Below are positions 29,261 through 38,186 of a stretch of 64,000 nucleotides of DNA, piece by piece. Where the stretch lies: positions 512,001 through 576,000 of the forward strand of contig CAXXXD010000003.1 in assembly GCA_963663385.2 (NCBI GenBank). The letters are read 5' to 3'. Numbering within the stretch: the stretch's first letter is position 1; every line of letters starts with the position of its first letter. Both the position numbers and the translations under genes were made by a program. The stretch is from Oceanispirochaeta sp. Lineage in GTDB: Bacteria > Spirochaetota > Spirochaetia > DSM-2461. The notes below the pieces were generated by a model. It made no database searches, was not told where the DNA came from, and saw only the letters and a program-made list of their open reading frames with translations.

Positions 29261-30148
29261 CTACTCGTATCTTCGTTCGAATTTGCCGAAAATCTGCTGC
29301 ACAAGTGTAATCAAACCCACACTCATGACAACAATAGCCATGGATACAGCGCTTCCGAAACCGTAGTTGTAGTATTTGAATGTTGTCTGGTACATGTAGA
29401 TAGCAATTACCTCTGTGAAGTTGGCCGGTCCACCGCCTGTCATGGCATAGATCAGGTCAAAGCTCTTCAGACTTCCTGATATGGCAAATACGCTCGTTGT
29501 AAACAGAATGCCGAGCATGGAGGGAAAGATGATTTTAAACAGGATCTGACTCTCTGAGGCTCCGTCTATAATTGCCGCCTCAATAACAGAAGGGGATACT
29601 TTCTGCATATTGGCAATAAACATGATCATATACATTCCCGTGTACATCCAGAGTATGACAAACAGTATGGGTATAATTGCCAGCTGTTTATCTTCGAACA
29701 TCTGAAACACAAAACGCGGATCATCTTTAATGGCCCTGACCAGCTGGGTAAACAGACCCTGGCTGGAAAAAATCTGTCTGAAGAGATTGGCAACTACAAC
29801 ACTTGATATGGTAATGGGGAGGAAGATCATGGACTGAAAGAAATTCCCTCCCTTGACAAGTTTTCGATAGAGGATATAAGCCAGTACGAAACCAAGAGGA
29901 ATCTGGCCGAATACTGATATGGCAACAATCAGGAGGTTGTTTCTCAGACCATGAAGGAAGCGGGGATCGCTTATCATGTTTCTGTAATGTTCCAAACCAA
30001 TAAACTGAGGTAAGCCGTATCCTGTCCATTCTGTAAAACTCAGAAAGAAACTGTATAGAATCGGTAAAACAATAACCGAAGCATAAATTAATACGGCAGG
30101 GGCAATTAATATGGCATAACTGGTCTTTTTAAGACTTTTTTCTGTCAT
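29261..30148 (-). CDS. Carbohydrate ABC transporter permease (MalF-like)
   Basis: EAAIIDGAS, FDLIYAMTGGGP, YGFGSA. Confidence 0.95.
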   Translation of the reverse strand: MTEKSLKKTSYAILIAPAVLIYASVIVLPILYSFFLSFTEWTGYGLPQFIGLEHYRNMISDPRFLHGLRNNLLIVAISVFGQIPLGFVLAYILYRKLVKGGNFFQSMIFLPITISSVVVANLFRQIFSSQGLFTQLVRAIKDDPRFVFQMFEDKQLAIIPILFVILWMYTGMYMIMFIANMQKVSPSVIEAAIIDGASESQILFKIIFPSMLGILFTTSVFAISGSLKSFDLIYAMTGGGPANFTEVIAIYMYQTTFKYYNYGFGSAVSMAIVVMSVGLITLVQQIFGKFERRYE

Positions 30149-30175
30149 AACGGCTCCATTTTTTAATAGATAGAA

Positions 30176-30204
30176 GATGCAGATCCGTGTTATGGATCTG
30201 CATC
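30176..30204. other. Intercistronic stem-loop after the binding-protein gene
   Basis: GATGCAGATCC-7 nt-GGATCTGCATC perfect 11-bp stem with no U-run; position typical of mRNA-stabilising hairpins in sugar ABC operons. Confidence 0.7.
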
Positions 30205-30219
30205 ATGGTGTATTATATA

Positions 30220-31518
30220 CTATTTTCGGGCTGTATCGTTTGCTGCAACCCAGGCTTCGTACTCGTCGGCAACCTGACGGGGAGTTTTAGCCCCGAGCAT
30301 CATTTCCTGTATGGCAGGATGCAGAACTCCCATACCTTCCCCATCCATTACCGCATCGATAACAGGTGTCATGGGGGTCTCTCCCAGAAAGGCAATCAGT
30401 TTTTTGATCAGAACGGGAAGATCTGCAGGAGCTTCCAGTTTGTATGAGGGAATCCAGCCGAGACTTTGTTTGATTTCAGATCCTACAGGACCGGCCCAGT
30501 ACCAGATCCATTCCCATGCGGCATCGGCTTTTTCGCCTTCCAGCTTGACATTCATACCGAATCCTGTACCGGCAACCGCATCGGTCGACCCTGACATACC
30601 TTTCTGTCCGGGTATATCGGGGAAGGTCCTGAGAGAAACATAATCCTGCTGCTGGACAGTCAGTTCGGTTGCCAGGTTCTGGGCTCTCCATCCGCCGTCA
30701 ATCAGGTATACCGCTTCTTCTCTGACAAAGGCATCAAGAGCGAGTCCGTAGGAAGCCTGATTGATTCCGGGAGAGAACATATCTTTATCAGAAAGGGTTT
30801 TAACTACATCCAGTGCATCAACAAAGGGCTGATCGCTGAAGCCGGCTCCCTTTCCGCTGATGGCTTTATTGAACCAGTCCATTCCTCCTGCTCTTTCGGT
30901 CAGGGTAGAGAGGAAACAGGACTGCATCTGCCAGCCGTCTCCATTGTCCATGGCAATGGGAATCAGGCCGGCTGCCCTGATTTTATCACCCTGGGCTATC
31001 ATCTCTTCCATCGTTTCAGGGTAGCTCAGACCCAGTTCTTTCAGAAGCCTTTCATTTACAAAAACGACATGACAGACCGTTACCTGTTCGGGAAGTTCGT
31101 ACATTTCGCCATTTACTCCCTGGGGATCCATCGCCTTTGCGGCGAATTCATCCTCATGACCCTTAAGCCAGGGGCGGAGATCCTTGATCCTTCCGGATCC
31201 GGTGACCATTCCGGTTCTTTTGGCTGGCCACAGGAACATCAGGTCCGGCAGCTGATCCGCTACAGACATAGCCTGAAGTTTGTCATGATAAGGTTCGTCT
31301 GCAATAAACTCCCAGTCAATCTCGATACCGGGATTTTCCTTCTGAAAGGCGGGGTAGATAATGTCCCAGTTTGCAACGGCTGTTTCATCGGTAATATTGA
31401 GCTGATGCATAGCTGTCAGATGAATCTTCCCATCCTCCGCCGCTTTTTCCTGCTGGCCCCCTGCCCAGATTAATGTTGTCATCATACAGACCATTGCCAG
31501 TGATAAAAGTTTTTTCAT
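30220..31518 (-). CDS. Sugar ABC transporter substrate-binding protein
   Basis: Spirochaete-style signal MKKLL..WAGGQQE, SBP_bac_1-like body, first gene of the permease operon. Confidence 0.93.
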   Translation of the reverse strand: MKKLLSLAMVCMMTTLIWAGGQQEKAAEDGKIHLTAMHQLNITDETAVANWDIIYPAFQKENPGIEIDWEFIADEPYHDKLQAMSVADQLPDLMFLWPAKRTGMVTGSGRIKDLRPWLKGHEDEFAAKAMDPQGVNGEMYELPEQVTVCHVVFVNERLLKELGLSYPETMEEMIAQGDKIRAAGLIPIAMDNGDGWQMQSCFLSTLTERAGGMDWFNKAISGKGAGFSDQPFVDALDVVKTLSDKDMFSPGINQASYGLALDAFVREEAVYLIDGGWRAQNLATELTVQQQDYVSLRTFPDIPGQKGMSGSTDAVAGTGFGMNVKLEGEKADAAWEWIWYWAGPVGSEIKQSLGWIPSYKLEAPADLPVLIKKLIAFLGETPMTPVIDAVMDGEGMGVLHPAIQEMMLGAKTPRQVADEYEAWVAANDTARK

Positions 31519-31585
31519 TTAATAATGCCTCCTTGATTATACCATCTCCGATTCCTAAAAGTTGAGCCGGAGCCACCTTGTTTGG

Positions 31586-31641
31586 TAGGTTGGATTTAAA
31601 ACCAACTAACATCAGTATAACTCAGTTCGTTTATCTGTCAA
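31586..31641 (-). promoter_or_regulatory. Promoter and ROK/XylR-type operator of the mannoside ABC operon
   Basis: Minus strand TTGACA-N16-TATACT (31641-31614) followed by TTAGTTGGTTTTAAATCCAACCTA (31609-31586), an imperfect palindrome resembling XylR-type ROK operators. Confidence 0.75.
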
Positions 31642-31717
31642 GAAAAAAAGTGTATAAAAAAGGCGTTGAAAACCAACTTCCTTTACAGCCATTGAAACTG
31701 AATCAACTCAATACAAG

Positions 31718-33100
31718 TTATATAATTTCTTCTCTCAAGGCCGCTTCCTCATGAGGCATTGTCCTATGGTAGGGACGGAAATAGGTTTTGGGAGAGTAGT
31801 CATACAGATCGGACACTTTTGTCATATAGATGCAGGCATATTTCTCTACCTGTTCCGCATAGCGGCTCTCATCATAACCGGCCCGGAGTATCTCTCCCCA
31901 ATAGGGGTTGAACAGCTTCTTGTATTCCCCCAGCAGTTCGGAAATGCGGACATTCAGATCATCCATCCGGTCAAACAGGGTATTGATACGGTTCCGGGGG
32001 ATATTCTGACCCTCGAAACGGAGGGAGTCCAGCCGGTTTATCTCCCTTTCCAGAATCTGCTTTTTCTGCATAAGTCCGGTAATTTCCCTCTGTAAAGGTT
32101 TGGCTTTTACCAGCCCCCGGATTTCACCTTCCAGGTCATTCAGAACCAGGGCAGTCCTCCAGTTACAGGTCTTTTTGATGGAGACTACATCGCCGTATAT
32201 ATGGTCTCCCAGGTAGAGAATCTCACTACCCGAATAACCCAGATCCTGCTGCAGCTTGCCGAACCATCCACCCTGGAAGATTCCCTTGTCCACTTTTCCA
32301 TTGTAATTACTCATCAGTCCTGTTTCCGGGTTAATCTTCAGGTAACGGCCGGTTCGTTCAAAAAAGCGCGGCTTGTCCGCAAATGTGATAACAAGCTCGA
32401 AAACCTCCTGCCAGGTCCTGTGCTTTTTCAGATAGGGATTAAGGGAGTAATCCAGGAGCTGGCGGGTATAGGCATAATCCGAATTGGTGATAATCATCAG
32501 TTTTTTGCCGTAATCCTTATAGCGTTCCAGCATCCCCGCAACCTGAGGATCCTGAATCACATAACGTTCAAAATCCTCTCTTAAACAGGATTTGATGCTG
32601 TCATCCTGATGGAGCGTATCAATAACCTTATTAACATCGTCCGCCATAATATGAAAGGGCGGCATCTCTATCCCGTCGCTTTTCAACTGGACCAGCTGGG
32701 AGAACAGGACCCCATTGGAAATGGCAAAGGATGTGTCCAGACTCTGAAAATCAGGATCCCGAAGATCTATGGCCATTTCCTGATAGATCTGCCGCTGTTT
32801 ATGGAAATCCAGAGCCTTCAGGCCATGGTAGGCAATCTTTACCTTCCCGTGGCGGCTTACCTGAAGAAGGTTGCCGTTCCGCCGGTCGATGACAAGACCA
32901 ACTATGGCTCTCTGAAAGTCAAAGGTCAGATCCGCCACTTCCGGGGGATAACCATAGCATTCTGCCAAACGCTGCGAAGCTAAACGGTGGGTCAGGGATT
33001 CGAACTCTTCCGCATTGTAGCGGACAAGGGTGTAATCCATATCAAAGCCTATTAATCTGATGTTCTTCATGTTGAGAACGCGGTTAATGAAAACGGGCAT
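31718..33100 (-). CDS. HAD-IG family 5'-nucleotidase (cN-II-like)
   Basis: GFDMDYTLVRY, ITNS, KPRFF, YLGDHIYGDV, WRTALV. Confidence 0.93.
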   Translation of the reverse strand: MPVFINRVLNMKNIRLIGFDMDYTLVRYNAEEFESLTHRLASQRLAECYGYPPEVADLTFDFQRAIVGLVIDRRNGNLLQVSRHGKVKIAYHGLKALDFHKQRQIYQEMAIDLRDPDFQSLDTSFAISNGVLFSQLVQLKSDGIEMPPFHIMADDVNKVIDTLHQDDSIKSCLREDFERYVIQDPQVAGMLERYKDYGKKLMIITNSDYAYTRQLLDYSLNPYLKKHRTWQEVFELVITFADKPRFFERTGRYLKINPETGLMSNYNGKVDKGIFQGGWFGKLQQDLGYSGSEILYLGDHIYGDVVSIKKTCNWRTALVLNDLEGEIRGLVKAKPLQREITGLMQKKQILEREINRLDSLRFEGQNIPRNRINTLFDRMDDLNVRISELLGEYKKLFNPYWGEILRAGYDESRYAEQVEKYACIYMTKVSDLYDYSPKTYFRPYHRTMPHEEAALREEII

Positions 33101-33107
33101 AACAAGT

Positions 33108-35198
33108 TTATCCTTTGGCTGTGTGTCTTACCAGATAATCGTATACGGCCTGCTGGGACAGGACAACATCTCCATCCGGGGGAACGGGTTGATATTCGTT
33201 TTTCAATTCACTATCCAGTATTCTGCCTTTTCGATTATCCTTCCATTGAATATCAAAAATGCTTTTTAATTCGTTTTTAATACTTTTCCGGTATATGGGA
33301 CAAGTCACTTCAATCCTGCGGTCAATATTTCTGCTGAGCCAGTCGGCAGACGTTATATAACAGAGGTTGTCCCCTCCGTTGCGGAATATAAAAAAACGGG
33401 CGTGTTCCAGGTATTGGTCAACAATGCTCAGGGCCTGGATATTTTCACTGAATCCCTCTACTCCGGTTACGAGAGAAAAACGGCTTCTGGCTATAATCTT
33501 TACCCTCACACCTGCGTTGGAAGCTTCATACAGTTTCTGTATAACCCCTTCATCACTCAGATTGTTCAGCTTCAGCCGTATGGTAGCCTTGATTCCCTGA
33601 CTGGCAAACTCTATTTCATTATCGATCAGTTCATATATTTTTTCCCGTAAACTGTAGGGAGAAACAACAAGGTGCTTACTCCTCCTGTGACGGTAGTTAT
33701 TTTCAAAGAAATCAAAAAGGGAATCCACTTCTTCACACAGCTCCTGGTGGGCGGTGATTAAAAAACAATCCGTATAGAGACGGGCTGTATCTTCATTCAG
33801 GTTTCCTGTTCCGATACCTCCGTAACGACGCATTTTACCCTTCTCCCTCCGGCTGATGAGGAGCAGTTTGGAATGAACCTTCAATCCTTCCACACCGAAA
33901 ATCACCTTAATCCCGTTGTCTTTGAGTATATTGGCCCAATAGATATTATTCTCTTCGTCAAAACGGGCTTTCAGTTCCAGGATAACAAGCACTTCCTTCC
34001 GGTTCTTTTTGGCATTTATCAGGGCATTCGCAACACTTGAGAATTTAGCCACCCTGTAGAGGGTTACCTTTATACCCTCCACATGGGGATCAATCGAAGC
34101 CTCCCGCAGAAGATCTATTACCGTATCAAAACTGTGATAGGGAAAGTAGAGAAGGGTATCCTTTGCCTTTATGGCGGAAAATATCTTTTTATTCTCGGGA
34201 AAATGCCTGTGATCTATAGGGGAATGGCTGTGGCAGCAGGGGAGGCCCACCAGTTTTGGAAAGCGGATAAAATCACTGAAATAGTGATACCTTCCACCGG
34301 CGGTTATGGTTTCGTATTTTCTGAAACGGAGCTTTTTTATAAATAATTCAAGGAAATCCTCGGGCATGGTGTTATCGTAGAGGAACCATATAGGGGCTCC
34401 CTCTTTTCTTTTCTGAACGCTCTGATTCACCCTGTTCAGATAGCTGACCGTAAGATCATCATCATCGATTTCCAGTTCCGAGTCCCGTACCACCTTGATG
34501 TTCCAGGCTTCTATCCCGACGTATTTATGATCCTTGAATATGGAATGGAGGCCGATCCGTACTATTTCATCAATCAGGATGATGCACTTCTTATCACTGC
34601 TGCCCGGCAGTTTAATAAAGCGGGGAATAACTTTGGTGGGAATTTCAATGATGGAGTATTTCTTCATCAGTTCTCCCTTAACCATTTTTTTCAGTTCCAC
34701 CGCCAGGTAGAGGGTTTTGTCTTTAAGATCGGGAAGACGGTAGCGCTGATCAATCATAATGGGAAAAATCTTATGACGGACTTCCTTTTCAAAATACTTG
34801 ATAACGTAGGCTTTCTGTTCATCCGTCAGATGATGATCGTCCAGAATAAAGATGTTCTCCTTGGTCATCTCCCCGAACAGAACTTTCAGGGTTTTGTTAA
34901 AGCGGTCCCTTTGAGCATTAACTACATTCTGAATATTTGTCAGAGCCTGCCCCGGGGGTTCTTTAAGAGCTATCTCCCCCTCCTGTCCCATCTGGCAGAG
35001 TCTTCTCATCATGGCAACCCGGACACGGAAAAACTCATCCAGGTTGGAAGAGTATATTCCCATAAACTTCATCCGTTCCCCCAGGGGATTCCGGGGATCC
35101 TCAGCCTCCTGCAGCACTCTTTCGTTAAATGAGAGCCAGCTGATTTCCTTGTTGGTATAAGGGTAGTTCCGGGTTTTACTTTTTTTAGCTCTGTTCAT
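33108..35198 (-). CDS. ppk1: Polyphosphate kinase 1
   Basis: EISWLSFNERVL, SNLDEFFRVRVA, PYHSF, ELKARFDEENNI, KVHSK, LEHAR, SADWLSRNIDRRIE. Confidence 0.97.
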   Translation of the reverse strand: MNRAKKSKTRNYPYTNKEISWLSFNERVLQEAEDPRNPLGERMKFMGIYSSNLDEFFRVRVAMMRRLCQMGQEGEIALKEPPGQALTNIQNVVNAQRDRFNKTLKVLFGEMTKENIFILDDHHLTDEQKAYVIKYFEKEVRHKIFPIMIDQRYRLPDLKDKTLYLAVELKKMVKGELMKKYSIIEIPTKVIPRFIKLPGSSDKKCIILIDEIVRIGLHSIFKDHKYVGIEAWNIKVVRDSELEIDDDDLTVSYLNRVNQSVQKRKEGAPIWFLYDNTMPEDFLELFIKKLRFRKYETITAGGRYHYFSDFIRFPKLVGLPCCHSHSPIDHRHFPENKKIFSAIKAKDTLLYFPYHSFDTVIDLLREASIDPHVEGIKVTLYRVAKFSSVANALINAKKNRKEVLVILELKARFDEENNIYWANILKDNGIKVIFGVEGLKVHSKLLLISRREKGKMRRYGGIGTGNLNEDTARLYTDCFLITAHQELCEEVDSLFDFFENNYRHRRSKHLVVSPYSLREKIYELIDNEIEFASQGIKATIRLKLNNLSDEGVIQKLYEASNAGVRVKIIARSRFSLVTGVEGFSENIQALSIVDQYLEHARFFIFRNGGDNLCYITSADWLSRNIDRRIEVTCPIYRKSIKNELKSIFDIQWKDNRKGRILDSELKNEYQPVPPDGDVVLSQQAVYDYLVRHTAKG

Positions 35199-35210
35199 TC
35201 ATTTATCCTG

Positions 35211-36290
35211 TTATCTGGTACTCATATTCTTCGGCAGCCTGTCGCCGAAACATGTATCGACGGAGCGGGCCTGGCCAATCAGCGGATGATCAACAGGAAC
35301 CATTTTTGTTTTGCCTGCCACATCCTTCAAGGGAATGGCTGTAAGGTCATACCCCTCAAAGGCAGCCATTTTACCGAAATCCCCTTTGACTGCCATTTCG
35401 GCGGCAAATGCGCCGAGGCGTGTGGCAATTACCCTGTCAGCGGGAGAAGGCGATCCTCCCCGCTGAATATAGCCGAGTATTGTTTCTCTTGTTTCGAACC
35501 CGGTCAGTTCCTGGATTTTCTTTGCCACATAGGTTCCGGCAGATATGGTCCTCTTCTTGCCGTTGGCTTTGGGAGGAATCCTGATTCCTTCGGCAACCAC
35601 AACAATGGAGTAGGGTTTTCCCGCATCCGCCCTTCTTTTCAGATATTTTTTTAGAATTTTAGGCTCCCAGTCTATTTCGGGCAGGAGAATGACATCTCCT
35701 CCGCCGGCTATACCGGAATAAAGAGTGAGCCAGCCTGTGTGATGCCCCATCACTTCTACAACCATGATCCTTTTATGTGAGTTGGCTGTGGTATGCATCC
35801 TGTCTATCGCTTCCGTCGCGATGGTTACAGCTGAATCGAATCCGAAGGTCATATCTGTTCCCCACACATCATTATCGATTGTTTTGGGTATGCCTATGAC
35901 GTTAAGCCCGAGTTCCTGCAGTTTCCCGGCGGTTTTCATTGTTCCGTTTCCGCCTATGCAGATTAGCCCGTCCAGCCCTATTTCGTTATAATTGTCAATA
36001 ATCCGCTCGGGTTTACTCTGGACGTATTCATCATATTCATTGTGTTTAAAGGGTTTCTCCCGGGAGGTGCCCAGTATGGTTCCCCCTACTGTCAGAATAC
36101 CGGAAAGGGACTTTTCGTCCAGTTCCATATACTCCTTATTAATCAATCCAAGGTAGCCGGAAGAGAAACCGTAAACTTTCATCCCGTATTTGAGCAGGGC
36201 CGCTTTACCAACCCCTCTGATGGCGGCATTGAGACCGGGACAGTCGCCTCCGGCAGTTAGAATTCCTATTTTCAACTGTTTTTCTGACAT
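35211..36290 (-). CDS. pfkA: 6-phosphofructokinase (PfkA family)
   Basis: GGDCPGLN, GGTILGTSR, GGNGT, PKTIDND, EVMG, LGYIQRGG. Confidence 0.95.
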   Translation of the reverse strand: MSEKQLKIGILTAGGDCPGLNAAIRGVGKAALLKYGMKVYGFSSGYLGLINKEYMELDEKSLSGILTVGGTILGTSREKPFKHNEYDEYVQSKPERIIDNYNEIGLDGLICIGGNGTMKTAGKLQELGLNVIGIPKTIDNDVWGTDMTFGFDSAVTIATEAIDRMHTTANSHKRIMVVEVMGHHTGWLTLYSGIAGGGDVILLPEIDWEPKILKKYLKRRADAGKPYSIVVVAEGIRIPPKANGKKRTISAGTYVAKKIQELTGFETRETILGYIQRGGSPSPADRVIATRLGAFAAEMAVKGDFGKMAAFEGYDLTAIPLKDVAGKTKMVPVDHPLIGQARSVDTCFGDRLPKNMSTR

Positions 36291-36378
36291 ATGCTCTCCA
36301 TTATACGGGTGAATATTAGAAAATTGTTAATACTCATAAGTATATAGTATTTGGAGAGTGTATGTCAGAAGAACTCAT

Positions 36379-37467
36379 CTAGGTCAGGGAAAAACAGAGG
36401 GTCCTTCGGTTTCTGTACTCTTCCATGGCATAATCAGCCAAATCATCCAGCAGGTCCGTATAGGATAACCCGTCCGCCTCACACATGAGAGCAAACATAC
36501 TTATATTTGTAAAACCGGGGATGGTATTTATTTCGTTCAGATAAACTCCGCCGTTCCTGTTATCCAGAAAAAAATCCACCCGGGCCATACCGCGGCATTC
36601 CAGGGCCTTATAGGCATCTATCGCTATCCTGCGTACTTTATCCGACAGATCCTGGCTTATACCGGCAGGAATAATGAGGGCTGCTCCGTCGGGATCGATA
36701 TACTTTGCTTCGTAATCGTAGAACTCATGAGAGGGGCGCAGTTCTCCCGGGGGAAAAGAGCGGGGATCCCTGTTCCCGATAACGGAACATTCGATTTCTC
36801 TGGCATCAACGGCCGGTTCTATGAGAATCTTGTTATCATAGCGCAGGGCTTCTTCCGCAGCCTGTCGAAATCCGTCCCTGCTATCCACACGGGAAACCCC
36901 TACTGATGAACCGGACTGGGAAGGCTTTATAAAAAGAGGCAGTTCGAAAGTTTCAACCATCTTATCTGTCAGAGTATTCCACGAAAAACCGGAGGCAAGG
37001 GTTTCCTGTTTCCGCAGGGTTCTGAAAGGGACAACAGGCAATTTGTGATGCTCCCATACGATTTTGGCAATATCCTTGTCCATGCCAAGGTAGCTGCCTC
37101 CAACGGTAGCGCCTATATAGGGCAGGTCTGCAATTTCCAGGAGTCCCTGAATTGTTCCATCCTCTCCGAAGGTTCCATGAAGAACGGGAAAAACCAGGTC
37201 TATATCAAGCTTCTCTCCTCCGCAGTAGAGTCCCCGGGCAGGTATTGCTGAAACCGTATTATCGGGGTCTTCCAGAATAGTCAGAGCCTCTCCTGATGAT
37301 TCAGGTGCCTTCTGCAGGAACCAGACTCCCGATTTGTTTATGCCAATCAGGGTTATCTCATACAGATCTTTTTTCAGATGATTCAGGACAGATGCTGCGG
37401 AACGGAGAGATACTTCATGTTCTCCCGAGCGTCCGCCGTAAAGTAGTGCAATGGATCTTTTACTCAT
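36379..37467 (-). CDS. ddl: D-alanine--D-alanine ligase
   Basis: GGRSGEHEVS, LHGTFGEDGTIQG, GSSVGV, FYDYEAKY, NEINTIPGFT. Start placed at ATG 37467. Confidence 0.96.
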   Translation of the reverse strand: MSKRSIALLYGGRSGEHEVSLRSAASVLNHLKKDLYEITLIGINKSGVWFLQKAPESSGEALTILEDPDNTVSAIPARGLYCGGEKLDIDLVFPVLHGTFGEDGTIQGLLEIADLPYIGATVGGSYLGMDKDIAKIVWEHHKLPVVPFRTLRKQETLASGFSWNTLTDKMVETFELPLFIKPSQSGSSVGVSRVDSRDGFRQAAEEALRYDNKILIEPAVDAREIECSVIGNRDPRSFPPGELRPSHEFYDYEAKYIDPDGAALIIPAGISQDLSDKVRRIAIDAYKALECRGMARVDFFLDNRNGGVYLNEINTIPGFTNISMFALMCEADGLSYTDLLDDLADYAMEEYRNRRTLCFSLT

Positions 37468-37573
37468 GTTCGAAACGTTAACATTTTTTTCAGCCCTTCT
37501 CAAGAGAACCGGATCATGTTATTCTGCCTTTAAATTGGGAATATCCTTTTCAGGGATTCTCCCGGAGGATTTC

Positions 37574-38023
37574 ATGGATCTCTTTACTTTTAATCCCCTT
37601 ATACTTTCGGGGTTTATGGGGATGGTTATTGCACAGCTTGCCAAATTCCTTTTAATACTTGCCCTGGAAAGGCGTGCCGCCTGGGACCGGATGACAGAAA
37701 CCGGGGGGATGCCTTCATCCCATGCTGCAACCGTTGCAGCTTTAACTACAGCCTGCGGACTGACCTATGGTGTAGAAAGCGCTTATTTTGCCATTTCCTT
37801 TGTCTTCGGCGCTATTGTTATTTACGATGCCACCGGAGTCAGACGGGCGGCAGGGCGGCATGCGGAAATTCTGAACAGCCTTATTACCGAGCTTTCCCAT
37901 CTTTTTGAGGAGGGAGACAAACCCAAGGCGCTTAAAACCCTTCTGGGGCATACCTATCCTCAGGTTGCCGTAGGGACACTTCTGGGTGTTCTGGTCGGTT
38001 ATGCCTGTACAGGCAGTTTCTAA
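37574..38023 (+). CDS. Divergent PAP2 / DUF212 membrane protein
   Basis: TGGMPSSHAA, YDATGVRRAAGRHA, LLGHT..QV; GGAGG RBS before ATG 37574. Confidence 0.92.
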   Translation: MDLFTFNPLILSGFMGMVIAQLAKFLLILALERRAAWDRMTETGGMPSSHAATVAALTTACGLTYGVESAYFAISFVFGAIVIYDATGVRRAAGRHAEILNSLITELSHLFEEGDKPKALKTLLGHTYPQVAVGTLLGVLVGYACTGSF

Positions 38024-38036
38024 ATCACTACTCGAT

Positions 38037-38088
38037 AATCAGTTATACTTTAAATCAGTTATACTTTAAATCAGTTATACTTTAAATC
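38037..38088. repeat. Tandem repeat, 16-bp unit AATCAGTTATACTTTA x3.25
   Basis: Three identical consecutive copies read directly, plus a trailing AATC. Confidence 0.95.
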
Positions 38089-38139
38089 CTCCGTCCCCTA
38101 TACCTGAACCGCCGGTACAGGAAGAGGTCCGGGTTAAAT

Positions 38140-38166
38140 AAAAAAAGGCTGCCCCTCCGGGCAGCC
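38140..38166 (-). terminator. Intrinsic terminator of murE
   Basis: GGCTGCCC-4 nt-GGGCAGCC followed by T7 on the minus strand. Confidence 0.85.
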
Positions 38167-38186
38167 CTGGCTTTCCTGAATTGAAA

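Noticed and set aside
38037..38088. Possible CRISPR array
   Set aside because: Units are 16 bp, contiguous and have no spacers; no cas genes in the window.
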